A DNA stretch of 64,000 bases from Gemmatimonadota bacterium (GCA_036679645.1 JAZDCY010000042.1:96001-160000), one strand, 5' to 3'. Positions 10,390 through 20,169 are shown, counted from the first letter of the stretch. The notes: generated by a model from the letters alone, not told the origin. A program made the numbers and translations.

Positions 10390-12297
10390 TCATTCCCTAA
10401 GCGTTGCAGCGGCCGCTGTAAACGTGTCACGATCCTCGAGGATGGGCTCCAGCTTACGAGCAAGGTAACTGTAGTCGATCTGCGGATTCGGCGGCGGCAC
10501 GAGCGCGGCGTCGCGGCTCCGGGCACACTCGAGCGTGTCAACGATCGCTTCATGGTCACGGGGATCCACAACCCGCAGCCCGAGGTCCCGTGCCTCTCGC
10601 GCCGTGGCGGTGGGCGCACTCGCGAGAACCAGCGTAGGAATCCTCATGGCGACTAATTCGTAAAGCTTGGCGGGGATCTGCAGATCCTGGTCTTGGGCGA
10701 GGACTACAGCGAGGTCCGAACGCACCGACACGCGAAGCGCCTCAGAAGGGGGTATGAGGCCGAGCAGCTCCACGTTTGCCGTGAGGCCGAGCCGCTCGAT
10801 CTCGTCTCGAAGATCCATCTCGTGCGCGCCCTCGACGTGGCCAGCGACTCGTAGGACCACCGGCGTCGTCGCGTCCGCCGTGTTCCGGTCCAAGAGGGTG
10901 CGCAATCCACGCAGCACCTGTGTCAGTTCCCGATTCCCATAAAGAGTTCCCACGTAGCTGACCACAAACCCGGGATCGCGCTCTCCCATATCTGCAGGGA
11001 GGCATTCGTGGTCCACTCCATTCCGCAGCCATACGACCGCTGCCGATGGATAGCACTCCCGGAGGGCCTGCGCCAACTCCCGTGTGTTGGCGATGATCCC
11101 GTCCGCGGCGCGGAAAGTTTGGCGCTCGAGCCACGGGATCAGTCGCCGAGCCGAGCCGCTCCCGAGAACATCGCTCCAGCGCCCCAAGTCACCGCCTGGA
11201 CTCCACCAGGGATCTCTGAGATCGATGAGCCAGCGCACGCGTGTGCCAGCGGTGGCTAACGCAGCGACGACGTGAGCAGAATGCGGGGGCCCACTACTCA
11301 CAACGACATGCGGCTGCACCTGCCGGATGAGGGAGCGCGTCCGGAGGACCGCTCGCCAAATCCAGCCACGACTCTGATCCGGCAGTTCCAGCAGTGCGGA
11401 TATCTCCAATCGAAGGCGGTCGACGCGGCTGTTGCGTTTCCCTGAGGCCTGATGTCGTGACGCTAGCCGCGCACGTTGGTTCGCGCGGACTAGTCTTCGG
11501 TACCAGTCGTTCAGCGTGGGCAGCCGCCGGCACGTAGTGATGTCGACGTGGTGAAGAGTCCTCGGCGCAAGACCGGATGCGGCCGTGAGCACGTTCACAC
11601 GCCAACCCAATGACGCGAGGTGTCTTGAAAGACCCAGCCAGCGAAGACCTCCCACCGCACCGTCCGGGGGAAAGTGATAGGAGATCACCAGTGCGCTGCG
11701 GCGGGCCGAGCGTGGGGCTCCTGCGGTGGCCATCCCTGGAGCCGATGCCAGCCGGGGCATTGGCTCCAGAACCGCGCCAGCGACGATGCGCACGCAACGG
11801 TCGATGCGGTCATAACACGCGTCGAACGTCTCGCGGGGCTGATCAAAGGGATCCGGAATGCGCCGAGTCTCGATGTCTAGCGGATCGAAGTCGCCGAGCA
11901 GGAGTACCACCGCCCTGGCGCCGTAGGCGCCAAGGGCTCCCCTCTGAGCCGGGTCCATCACGAATACCACGTCGGCCTCGGTCAGGGCCTCGGCGGTCAA
12001 CTGGCGGGAAATGTGCCCGGTCAGGTCCACGCCCCTGGCCTTAGCTGCAGCTATGGCTTCTGCTGGAGCCGGGCGGCCACCATCGAGAAATCCAGAGGAT
12101 TCCACCTGCGGTCCTTCCGCGCCCACGTCGGCGATCCGAGCGGCAAGTACGTGGTGCGCGTAAGGACTGCGGCAAATGTTGCCATGACACACGAATAACA
12201 GCCGGCGAAGGTCGCGCTTCCGACGAAGGACGGCAAGCCCCGCACCGCGCCGACGACGATGGAGTAGACGATCCGGCGCGTATTTGATCCACCGCAT
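10390..12297 (-). CDS. Fusion: low-molecular-weight protein tyrosine phosphatase (Wzb-like) + GT4 glycosyltransferase
   Basis: N-terminal LFVCHGNICRSP P-loop and IPDPF; C-terminal VISYHFPP, DLRDPW, YVGTLYG, PAKLYEL; one frame with no stop. ATG 12297 chosen (ORF is open from 12348). Confidence 0.8.
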   Translation of the reverse strand: MRWIKYAPDRLLHRRRRGAGLAVLRRKRDLRRLLFVCHGNICRSPYAHHVLAARIADVGAEGPQVESSGFLDGGRPAPAEAIAAAKARGVDLTGHISRQLTAEALTEADVVFVMDPAQRGALGAYGARAVVLLLGDFDPLDIETRRIPDPFDQPRETFDACYDRIDRCVRIVAGAVLEPMPRLASAPGMATAGAPRSARRSALVISYHFPPDGAVGGLRWLGLSRHLASLGWRVNVLTAASGLAPRTLHHVDITTCRRLPTLNDWYRRLVRANQRARLASRHQASGKRNSRVDRLRLEISALLELPDQSRGWIWRAVLRTRSLIRQVQPHVVVSSGPPHSAHVVAALATAGTRVRWLIDLRDPWWSPGGDLGRWSDVLGSGSARRLIPWLERQTFRAADGIIANTRELAQALRECYPSAAVVWLRNGVDHECLPADMGERDPGFVVSYVGTLYGNRELTQVLRGLRTLLDRNTADATTPVVLRVAGHVEGAHEMDLRDEIERLGLTANVELLGLIPPSEALRVSVRSDLAVVLAQDQDLQIPAKLYELVAMRIPTLVLASAPTATAREARDLGLRVVDPRDHEAIVDTLECARSRDAALVPPPNPQIDYSYLARKLEPILEDRDTFTAAAATLRE

Positions 12298-12399
12298 AAA
12301 GGAGCGAAACCCGCTCACGTGTGAGGGAGACCAAGCAAGCATGCCCAATCAAGAAAGCACTTGATCGCCGGGACCGAGCGCCTTCGACCCCTCTTAAAC

Positions 12400-12648
12400 A
12401 AGTCGGCCGTCACGGTATAGTCGCCAGGGGGCAAGAGGGCAAAGCCGAATCTGCCTTCGGCATCTGTGACCTCGACAAACTCTTAGGCCTCCTGCGAGGT
12501 CGTGCAGGCGGACTATGGCATCGCCGATCGTCTCACCGGCCACGGTTTGCAAGCGGCCGGTCACGGAACCCGATGTCATGCCTTGCGCCGCCGCCGCCGT
12601 CGGTACGATGGCTGCAACAGCGACCACGATGACGATGGATGGTTTCAC
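12400..12648 (-). pseudogene. Frameshifted 5' stub of a TonB-dependent receptor gene (signal peptide + carboxypeptidase-regulatory-like domain)
   Basis: GTG 12648 gives (M)KPSIVIVVAVAAIVPTAAAAQGMTSGSVTGRL...DAIVRL. After a shift near 12485 another frame reads EFVEVTDAEGRFGFALLPPGDYTVTA, matching ADGGFRFAMLAPGMYAVTA of the intact receptor; homology then ends. Confidence 0.75.
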
Positions 12649-12705
12649 GAGCCTTCTTGCCCAATGGCGCTCGAAAGCGCCGAGAAGTCTAGCATGGGGC
12701 AGTGC

Positions 12706-12719
12706 GCAATGATAGCGCC
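12706..12719 (-). promoter_or_regulatory. Putative sigma54 promoter upstream of the TonB stub / phosphatase-GT fusion
   Basis: GGCGCTatcaTTGC on the minus strand, GG-N10-GC, 58 nt before GTG 12648. Confidence 0.45.
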
Positions 12720-12922
12720 GACGGTGGGGGGGGTTGGCACGTGTTGGCACCCAGTGCCTTCCAGGGTTAGCGTAGAAACAACGAAGCTTGGCGACCGACA
12801 GCCTCCGCCACAATAGCAAGAGCCAGACGTGAGGCGTCAGCAGTCGAAAACGATGGGGCGGCAAGACATACGTCGTTTTCTTGACCCATGGGCGCGGCGT
12901 AGCAGGCTAAGCATGAGCCACG

Positions 12923-14116
12923 TCATAGGGTGCCCCGTAGCCAAGATGCGTTACCATTCAGATCCGGCTCGCTTTGCCTACTGTGGGTCGGGACGGTCAT
13001 CAACTGGCGGGCCAACGTACGAGCCCCCTCGAACCCCTGCGCGGCGTTCGAAACGCGGCGGTCAAAACCGGGCAAATCCGCTAGTGATCTGGCGTATGCT
13101 GGCAAGATGCCGAGGCGCACTAGCGCGGCGTAGCTCGCTCCGTGCGTTTCACGAGAGCACAGGACCGGAAGCCGCAGGTATCCCGGATCCCCCCCACAAA
13201 CGACCGTGGGCAAGCATGGCTCGGCCCCCTCGATGACCTCCGCAGCAAGCCGGCCCGCCGCGCGGCGACGAGCTGTCCTCTCCACATCGTCCAAACCCGC
13301 CGTGAGAGCCAGAACAGCTCGACACGAGAGCGAGGCGTCGCGAGCCGCGTGCGGATCCCGGTAAATCGTCTCGCCCAGCCTGAGGAATGGCAGCGCGGTG
13401 GGAAGCCAGTAAAGCGTCGGTCGCCCAAAAAGCCACTGCGCCCCCAGCGCAATCATCTCGATGATCCCCCGGCGTCCTGGGCGGAGTCTTGTCAGTGCCC
13501 AATCGAGTATCGCTCGTCCCTGCTCGTCGTGGGCGAGTAGCGCTCCGCCTCCCCCGCCGGTCGTGCCTTTCCCTCGCCCGAAACTGAGGACAGCCACGCT
13601 CCCAAATCCACCGAGCGCCCTCCCTTGATACCGCCCCCCCGCCCCTTGTGCCGCGTCCTCGATGCACGGGACGTCGAATTCACGAACCAGTTCCATAACC
13701 CGCGACATGTCCACCGGGAAACCGTACAGGTGAGCGACGACAAGTGCCCTTGCCCCGTGCTCCAGAGCAGCCCTCAACGAATCAAAGTCTGGCCCGAGGG
13801 TCTTCGGATCGACATCGTACAGTACGACGGGAACGTCAGCCGTGTCCGCTGCCGTTGCGACATCGTAGCACGAATACGCAGGAAGCGCGACCGGGACTCG
13901 AGGTTGGTCCTTGAGTGCGCCCGCGATGGCGAGGGCGAGGGCGGATGTTCCGCTGTCGGTGAACAGAGCGTGGTCGGTCCCGAATCGCCGTTGGATCCAG
14001 GTGCGCACCGTTTCTTCAGCGCTGGCGGCGTCACCGGTCACGGCCGCGCGGAAGCCGGCTGCCAGCGCTCGCAACGTGATCGGTGAGTATACCGGGAGCT
14101 GCCGCCGGAGTGTCAC
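12923..14116 (-). CDS. DegT/DnrJ/EryC1/StrS family PLP-dependent sugar aminotransferase
   Basis: SGTSAL, VAHLYG, IEDAAQG, LSFGRGK (PLP lysine); GTG 14116 overlaps the stop of the upstream gene (GTGA). Confidence 0.85.
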   Translation of the reverse strand: MTLRRQLPVYSPITLRALAAGFRAAVTGDAASAEETVRTWIQRRFGTDHALFTDSGTSALALAIAGALKDQPRVPVALPAYSCYDVATAADTADVPVVLYDVDPKTLGPDFDSLRAALEHGARALVVAHLYGFPVDMSRVMELVREFDVPCIEDAAQGAGGRYQGRALGGFGSVAVLSFGRGKGTTGGGGGALLAHDEQGRAILDWALTRLRPGRRGIIEMIALGAQWLFGRPTLYWLPTALPFLRLGETIYRDPHAARDASLSCRAVLALTAGLDDVERTARRRAAGRLAAEVIEGAEPCLPTVVCGGDPGYLRLPVLCSRETHGASYAALVRLGILPAYARSLADLPGFDRRVSNAAQGFEGARTLARQLMTVPTHSRQSEPDLNGNASWLRGTL

Positions 14117-15141
14117 GGGATGTACTGCACCACCCTCGGCCCTACCGCGTTGGCCACGGCGATCGGCAGGCGACGCCACACGTGCGGCCCCCATGAGAAC
14201 CTACCATCATCCGGTGTAGGGGTACCCAGCTCTCCCCTCGGTCCCGCCTGATACCACCACAATTGGTGATCCCGCGATCCCCACTGCCGCTTGAAGCGGT
14301 GCGTCCCGCTACCCGGCGTGCACCGACCGAAATTGAAAACCCGGATTCCCTCCTCTACGCAGCGCTCCATGAACTTCCAATACAGGAGCATGTTGGGGGC
14401 GATCCGGTTGTATGCCCGCAGCGACGACGCCCACGTGATCTCGAACTCGTCGTCCCATCGGAACCCACAACCCGACGCCACTGGACGACCTCTTAGGTAC
14501 GCGCACCCGAACCACACACTCTCCGGGAACTCATCTACGATCCGCTCAAAGAGACTCCGAGACTGAGCAGGCGTCCCCAGGTCCCGCATGTGTCGACAAA
14601 ATATGTCGTAGAAAGGACCAAGTTCCCGGCGGCCAAAGCGAACCTCCACTCCCTCCTTCATGGGACGTCGTACCTGGCTGCGCACTTTCGTCCTGAGACC
14701 GTCCCAGAGCGGGGCGGGGTCGTCCTTGGGAAGGTCGAGAAGCACTGTGATTTTCCGGTGAGACACGGCGAGGTCTGTCGCCAGTTCGTGCCGACTGCGC
14801 AGTTCCAGCAGGTCTGCGCCGTCCTCCTCTGCCTGCTTCGTCGCCGCCCCGCAGAGCGCAGTAACAGCATCGGGCTCGCCCACCGGCCCTCCGTAATTCA
14901 AGAACGGCATGGAAACGAGGAAATGTCCAAACAGGCGGCTTCGGACCCGCACCAGTGGAAGAGCGCCGTTCAGAGTTCCACTCTCGGACCTGCTTTCGAG
15001 GTAGATGCACTCATGGCCGAACACAGACTCGATGATTCGTTTCCAGCCGAACTGATGAAAGTGCGTGGATTGCAGCTGTGCGGTGACAAAACCATCCCAC
15101 TCCGTCGGACTGCCGCTGAACCGGCTAATCGCGACGGTCAC
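14113..15141 (-). CDS. FemAB-related GNAT protein, XrtA/PEP-CTERM system-associated
   Basis: SRLFGHFLVSMPFLNYGG, MRDLGTP, APNMLLYW, FNFGR, GTHRFKRQWG, WRRLP. Confidence 0.88.
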   Translation of the reverse strand: MTVAISRFSGSPTEWDGFVTAQLQSTHFHQFGWKRIIESVFGHECIYLESRSESGTLNGALPLVRVRSRLFGHFLVSMPFLNYGGPVGEPDAVTALCGAATKQAEEDGADLLELRSRHELATDLAVSHRKITVLLDLPKDDPAPLWDGLRTKVRSQVRRPMKEGVEVRFGRRELGPFYDIFCRHMRDLGTPAQSRSLFERIVDEFPESVWFGCAYLRGRPVASGCGFRWDDEFEITWASSLRAYNRIAPNMLLYWKFMERCVEEGIRVFNFGRCTPGSGTHRFKRQWGSRDHQLWWYQAGPRGELGTPTPDDGRFSWGPHVWRRLPIAVANAVGPRVVQYIP

Positions 15142-16016
15142 GACGTAGCGGGCGACAGAACCGCTGCAAGATTCTCGGCAATCGGCCTGAACCGGAACTC
15201 CGACAGCAGCCGTCGAAGACGCGGCAACGTGCGACGGAGTCCAGTGTAGTGCCGGAACCGGCTCCAGGCGGAGGCTGCTACGCGCGGCTGATCAGGATCG
15301 ACCTCCCACGGGTGCACGTAGAACGTCCCTGGGACCCCACGCTTTGCCGCGTCTTCAAATGCCGCCCGCACGAGCGCATATGGAAAGATTCGGAAGTACG
15401 CGCCGCCGGCCGCAGGTAGGTTCTGGCCGACGCGTCGAAGAGTGCAGGGCGGGACCTCATAGATTCCGCCCCGAGGACGGTCGATCCAATGCGGGTCGCG
15501 CCCTCCCGACACGTACCCATACCCCCGACGTTTGATCGGGAACAGACTGGAGTCGTACCGATACCCTTCCTCTATCAGAATGTCGAGTGCCCACTCCCGG
15601 CCGCGGACGATCGAAAAGCTCGGCGCCCGATAGCCGACGACCTTGCAGCCAATGAGATCCTCAAGGATCGCCTTCGAGCGGCGCACCGACTTGCGAAAGG
15701 CGTCGGGCGTGAGTTCGGTCACCCGCCGATGCCCCCAACCGTGCGATGCGATTTCGTGACCCGCATCGGAGATCGCGCGCACGACATCCGCGTGTTTCTC
15801 GGCAATCCAGCCGAGCACAAAGAACGTCCCCCGCGTCTCATGGGCCGCGAGAAACTCGAGCAACCGTTCCACGTTCCGGGCGACACGACTTTCCAAAGTC
15901 TCCCATGCGGCGCGATCGACAAAGCGCTCGAACGCCGAGACCTGGAAATGCTCCTCGACATCGACCGTGAAGAAATGCTGGACTTCAATAGAGCGCGACG
16001 ATCGGTTCGCGCTCAC
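15138..16016 (-). CDS. Polysaccharide deacetylase, XrtA/PEP-CTERM locus subfamily (DUF3473 C-terminus)
   Basis: FTVDVEEHFQVSAF, TFFVLGWIAE, GHEIASHG, GYRAPSFS, GGAYFR, FYVHPWEVDPDQP. Confidence 0.92.
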   Translation of the reverse strand: MSANRSSRSIEVQHFFTVDVEEHFQVSAFERFVDRAAWETLESRVARNVERLLEFLAAHETRGTFFVLGWIAEKHADVVRAISDAGHEIASHGWGHRRVTELTPDAFRKSVRRSKAILEDLIGCKVVGYRAPSFSIVRGREWALDILIEEGYRYDSSLFPIKRRGYGYVSGGRDPHWIDRPRGGIYEVPPCTLRRVGQNLPAAGGAYFRIFPYALVRAAFEDAAKRGVPGTFYVHPWEVDPDQPRVAASAWSRFRHYTGLRRTLPRLRRLLSEFRFRPIAENLAAVLSPATS

Positions 16017-16076
16017 CTATGGAGCCCGGGGTAGCAGTTCATCGCCCCCTCACGAACCGGCAGACAGCTGGACATT

Positions 16077-17072
16077 CTATTGAAGTGTGACATCCGCGTT
16101 CACTCGTGGTTTGAGCAGCCAGGCACCACTGCCGTCGGGCACCAGGACACCAGTCACGTCCATGACCGTCGCCTGCGTCACGCTGTCCGGTAGGGTGATA
16201 ATCGGGATCGTCAGCCCAGCATCGATATCGAACACGATCTCGAGTGCTCCGGAACCATCGTCCGCCGTCACCACGAAATCGAACTGCCGCGTCGTGGTGT
16301 CACTGATCGTTGCGGTGACGACGCGGACGAGAGCCGCATCGAGACGTGCGCTGTCGGCAGTTGCCGCCAAGGCCGTCGTAATGCGTTCGGCCGGCCTCAC
16401 CGTCCCAACACCGAGCAGGAACGCTTGCACGAAATCGAGCGTCGGCTGCCCGTCCCGACTGCCCCGGCGGCCGAGAAGTCGCACACTGTCGCCCGCGGCT
16501 ACCGTCTGGAACTGGACGCGCGTCGCCCGGAGCGAAGTGGCCGCGTCGCCGACGTGAAGCGTCGTGTCCCCAAACGCGTTGAGGGCGGTGAGTGCTACCG
16601 CTTCCGTGAAAACACGCTCGCCCACCGGCAGTTGCTTCAGCTCGGTCAGGCTCACGCTGGGGAAACTCACGCCCATTAGGATCGAGACCGAGTCGGCCGG
16701 GCGGACCGTCACCGTCGCCGAGTCGTTTAGTACGATGATAGCGGTATCACCCACCGTACTCGTATCGATCAGGACGTCGTACCTCCCGACCGGAAGATCC
16801 TCAATGCTGTACGTCCCCTGACTGTTCGAGGTCCCCACACCTGCCGTATCGAGGCCGCCCGCCACGACCAGGTACACGCGTAGATCCTCCATAGGGAGGT
16901 CGCTGCCATCGGCCCGGCCATTCCCATCACCATCGAAGAAGGCCGAACCAAAAACACTCCCGGTGGCCTCAACCGCCAGCACACGATCTTCGCCGGCGTT
17001 CTGGCATCCGAGCGTGAGCAAACCCACTAACAGACAGGGGGAAAGGCGGAAGGGCGGAAGGGCGGAAGGCAT
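16077..17072 (-). CDS. Lipoprotein with SdrD-B-like domain and repeated OB-like modules; partner of the TonB receptor
   Basis: ATG 17072 overlaps the receptor stop (TAATG); lipobox LTLGC; FFDGDGNGRADGSD, GTYSIEDLPVGRYDV; ends LKPR..AD. Confidence 0.72.
   Translation of the reverse strand: MPSALPPFRLSPCLLVGLLTLGCQNAGEDRVLAVEATGSVFGSAFFDGDGNGRADGSDLPMEDLRVYLVVAGGLDTAGVGTSNSQGTYSIEDLPVGRYDVLIDTSTVGDTAIIVLNDSATVTVRPADSVSILMGVSFPSVSLTELKQLPVGERVFTEAVALTALNAFGDTTLHVGDAATSLRATRVQFQTVAAGDSVRLLGRRGSRDGQPTLDFVQAFLLGVGTVRPAERITTALAATADSARLDAALVRVVTATISDTTTRQFDFVVTADDGSGALEIVFDIDAGLTIPIITLPDSVTQATVMDVTGVLVPDGSGAWLLKPRVNADVTLQ
17045..17068. repeat. Perfect tandem repeat (GGCGGAAG)x3 in the signal-peptide codons
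   Basis: Three exact 8-mers at 17045, 17053 and 17061. Confidence 0.85.
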
Positions 17073-20032
17073 TAGTAATTCACCCTTAGGCCAAAGCGGA
17101 AGGCTCGGCCGCTGGTTCGAAACGCGGTTGGTTGGCCGAAACCGGGATTCGCAATCAACGGGACCGTGACGGTGCCCGCTGCGGCATCTGTGGTAAGAGT
17201 CTGCGTGGGATCGACCAGGTAAAGCGCCCGGTCGATCACCGGGCTGTCCTCGTCCATCACGTTCAGCGCATCGATCTGGAGTGACACCGGGTATCCACCT
17301 AACGAAAACGGGCCAATCTCGAGTCGCAGATTCAGTCGATCCACCGCGGGCCCGCGACACGAATTCCGCTCGGCGAATTGTCCCGTTTGCGTTTGGAGAC
17401 ACGGCCACGCGACAACGAGGTCGTCTACGCCTGTGATCCCGTCGTCCACGAACGCCGGGTCGTTGCGTGCGGAACCGTCTCCGTTGGCATCCACGCCGTC
17501 CCGGTAGCCCGGCGTGAAGGGGTATCCCGACCGGTATCGATAGAGCGCGGCGATGCTCAGCCCTTCATGGCCCAGCACGCGAAGAACCGCCGCCACCGAT
17601 AGACGATGTGGGATGTCGAAATCCGACCGCCCGTCGGCCCAATCGAGGCCGGCGAGCGAATCGGGAAAGGGCGTGAGCTGCCCCTCCAGCCCGCCACGAC
17701 GACCCGAGAGCCAGTTGTCGCTCGTCTGGGAGTAGCGGTAGTCCGCATACAATTCCAACACCCGTCCCATGCGACTCTCGAGCGCCAGTCGAACGTCCCA
17801 GTACTCCGACTCGCCGTCGGTATTGATCGCCGAGATGAGATCGAAGCCGGCGAAACGCCGGTTGGACCCCGGCGTTGCCGCGAGAATGCCTCCCAACTGC
17901 TGCAACTCCCCATAGATCGGTCGTCCGTTCTGATCGGTCGCCGTGACACTCGGCAAGATGTTCAGATCCTGACGACGCGGCAGAAAGTCGGTGTGCCGAA
18001 ATGCGGTCGAGAGATGGAGCGCGCTGTTGTGTCCCAGAGTGCGCGTGATCCCGAACGACGCACGGCTGGAACGTGGCGGTTCGTAGTTCGGCGCGAACAA
18101 CACGAGACGCTGACCTGTGACAGATGCGGCACTCACGGGCGGTGCATCCGGCCATGAGGTGAGGTTCCCTACCCCGCGCCGTACCTCGACACGGCCCGCA
18201 TGACTCACCAGCTCGCCCAGCAACCCTGGATCGGCGAGATCGTAGAAGACACCCGTGCGCGCGATCACGATCCACTCGCCACGATTCCCAATATCCCAGG
18301 TGAGACTGGCACGGGGGCTGAACTTGCCACGCGTCCTGGTCAGTGAATCGTTGGCCAATCCGCTGCGCGCCAGAAACTCGGTGTTGGCGGGGATCCTGGT
18401 CTGGGGAAGGAATTCCGACTCATACCGCAGTCCTATCTGGAAATCCAGATCGGGCGCGAGGCTCCATCGGTCTTGGAGAAAGACGCCCACCAACTGAGTC
18501 GAGAAACTGGACACAGGAAGCGAGCCCACGGCCTGCGTAAAAACGCCGCTTCGAACGTCCAGATCGACGGCGCGCGAGAACGCGAACTCGCCCGCGCTCC
18601 CGAACGCAAACGTCTGATCCCAAGAGTTGAATTCCCCGTCTAACCCAAGCTTGATCTGATGCGTGCCGCTCGAAAAGTGCAACGTCTCGCGTGCGCGCAC
18701 GGTCGACCGCTCAAATCTGGCCGGGAGACGCGCGTCGCTCCCGAATGCGATCGCTTCGTCCACGATGCGGGTCGAGGGAATCGCATCGGCGGTGTACTCA
18801 CGTTTTCCAAACTCGAAACCCACACGTGCCTCGTTGGCGAGGGCGCCACCCCAATACGAGGTGAGCGACGCCGTTGCGGCGAGATCGCTCCCGTCCAGCG
18901 TCGTCCCCGGCGTCCATGTCCCGTCAGGCCCCACGTCCACACCGTCTCCCGTAACAGAAGCGAACTGCCCGCGCACGCTGAGCTGTTGCCCCTCGGCGAG
19001 GCGCCAGTCGAACCGGGCGTAGACCGTCGCTGCGTCGGTCTCCGTGACGCGTGGTCGGAGGAACGGTGCCAGGTCCACGCCCAGCGAATCCGTGCTGGCT
19101 GCCAGCGCAACGTCGACGGGTCGTGGTACCCACGCGCGCGGCAGCGGTGAGCGGACCCGGTTCACCTCGGCGCCGATCACGAAGAACGCCGTATCCGCGA
19201 TAATCGGCCCGCCGACGCGCAGTCCGCCGCGCACCGATCCGAACGATATCAGGTCCCCGCCAAAACGGTCCGACGAGACGAGCGCGTCACCGGTCCAGTC
19301 GCCGAAGAGCGAGACCTCGAGCCGTTGCGGCGCACGCCTAGTATCGGCAAGGAACCATCCGCCGGCATAGCCAGACCACTCGACGTCCGTCTCATCGGAA
19401 ACCAGTGTGGACCGAACGAGCGCGCTAGGCACGAACGCGGACAACTGCGTGCGATCGACGAGCCACGGGTGCCGCGCGCCGCTAGTGCGCAGACCGTCAG
19501 ATACCGCACCGCTCGATGCCGCTGGCAGGCCGTCGATCTCGAGTGCATCTCCGCCCAACGCCATCTGCTCGCCCAACTCGCCGAGGTTGCGGCGACCGTC
19601 GGGGACCTGCTCGAGTTCGAGACGACCGAATGCGCGACTCAGCGGGTCCAGCTCAAGCGCCGATGCTGCGAACCGAACGGTATCGATCGTCATCACGGGC
19701 GGGTCCGCAAACGGCAGCTCGATGGTGAGGTCAACGTCACGCGCCCGTCGCACGGGGACGTCAAGGACCGTGCGCGGTTGAAAACCGAGTTCTTCCGCAG
19801 TGACAGCGTACATTCCCGGTGCGAGCATCGCGAAACGGAAGCCCCCATCGGCAGACGCAACGTCAACCTGCATCATCCCGGTCGTTGCCTCACGGAGGAG
19901 GACGCGGGCCCCCGCGATGGGAGCACCGGCGCTATCGATTACCGTTCCACGCAACGATCCGGCAGTTATGCTCTGGGCTTCGAGCGGCGCCGCGGCGCCG
20001 ATGAGAGCGAGGGCTACGATATAGTGCCGCAG
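17072..20032 (-). CDS. TonB-dependent outer-membrane receptor (Oar-like) with N-terminal carboxypeptidase-regulatory-like domain
   Basis: Signal ...PLEAQ, GTVID..GAPIAGA.V, VGGPIIAD, FLQDRW, GLRYE, FSPR, SDFDIPHR, C-terminal FRFGLRVNY. Probable start CTG 20032 after GGAGGAG (ORF is open from 20119). Confidence 0.88.
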   Translation of the reverse strand: MRHYIVALALIGAAAPLEAQSITAGSLRGTVIDSAGAPIAGARVLLREATTGMMQVDVASADGGFRFAMLAPGMYAVTAEELGFQPRTVLDVPVRRARDVDLTIELPFADPPVMTIDTVRFAASALELDPLSRAFGRLELEQVPDGRRNLGELGEQMALGGDALEIDGLPAASSGAVSDGLRTSGARHPWLVDRTQLSAFVPSALVRSTLVSDETDVEWSGYAGGWFLADTRRAPQRLEVSLFGDWTGDALVSSDRFGGDLISFGSVRGGLRVGGPIIADTAFFVIGAEVNRVRSPLPRAWVPRPVDVALAASTDSLGVDLAPFLRPRVTETDAATVYARFDWRLAEGQQLSVRGQFASVTGDGVDVGPDGTWTPGTTLDGSDLAATASLTSYWGGALANEARVGFEFGKREYTADAIPSTRIVDEAIAFGSDARLPARFERSTVRARETLHFSSGTHQIKLGLDGEFNSWDQTFAFGSAGEFAFSRAVDLDVRSGVFTQAVGSLPVSSFSTQLVGVFLQDRWSLAPDLDFQIGLRYESEFLPQTRIPANTEFLARSGLANDSLTRTRGKFSPRASLTWDIGNRGEWIVIARTGVFYDLADPGLLGELVSHAGRVEVRRGVGNLTSWPDAPPVSAASVTGQRLVLFAPNYEPPRSSRASFGITRTLGHNSALHLSTAFRHTDFLPRRQDLNILPSVTATDQNGRPIYGELQQLGGILAATPGSNRRFAGFDLISAINTDGESEYWDVRLALESRMGRVLELYADYRYSQTSDNWLSGRRGGLEGQLTPFPDSLAGLDWADGRSDFDIPHRLSVAAVLRVLGHEGLSIAALYRYRSGYPFTPGYRDGVDANGDGSARNDPAFVDDGITGVDDLVVAWPCLQTQTGQFAERNSCRGPAVDRLNLRLEIGPFSLGGYPVSLQIDALNVMDEDSPVIDRALYLVDPTQTLTTDAAAGTVTVPLIANPGFGQPTAFRTSGRAFRFGLRVNY

Positions 20033-20089
20033 TGCTCCTCCACACGATGGGGAGACAGGCTTAGCATGAATGAAGCAACGGATGGGGAC

Positions 20090-20103
20090 GCAATCCTGGA
20101 GCC
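20090..20103 (-). promoter_or_regulatory. Putative sigma54 promoter of the TonB-receptor/XrtA-associated operon
   Basis: GGCTCCaggaTTGC (GG-N10-GC); the identical 14-mer is kept in the duplicated copy at 28315-28328. Confidence 0.5.
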
Positions 20104-20140
20104 CCCTGGCAACGACCATTCAGGAGTATGCAGTATCACA

Positions 20141-20169
20141 CGTAAGCGCATGTCATGCAAGGGGATGCG
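20141..20169. promoter_or_regulatory. 29-bp IHF-like quasi-palindromic element, copy 1
   Basis: CGTAAGCGCATGTCATGCAAGGGGATGCG; near-identical copy at 28367 and a related copy at 34122. Confidence 0.5.

Noticed and set aside
12726..12733. G8 homopolymer as a phase-variation tract
   Set aside because: Short, intergenic, upstream of a pseudogene; such runs are expected by chance in GC-rich DNA
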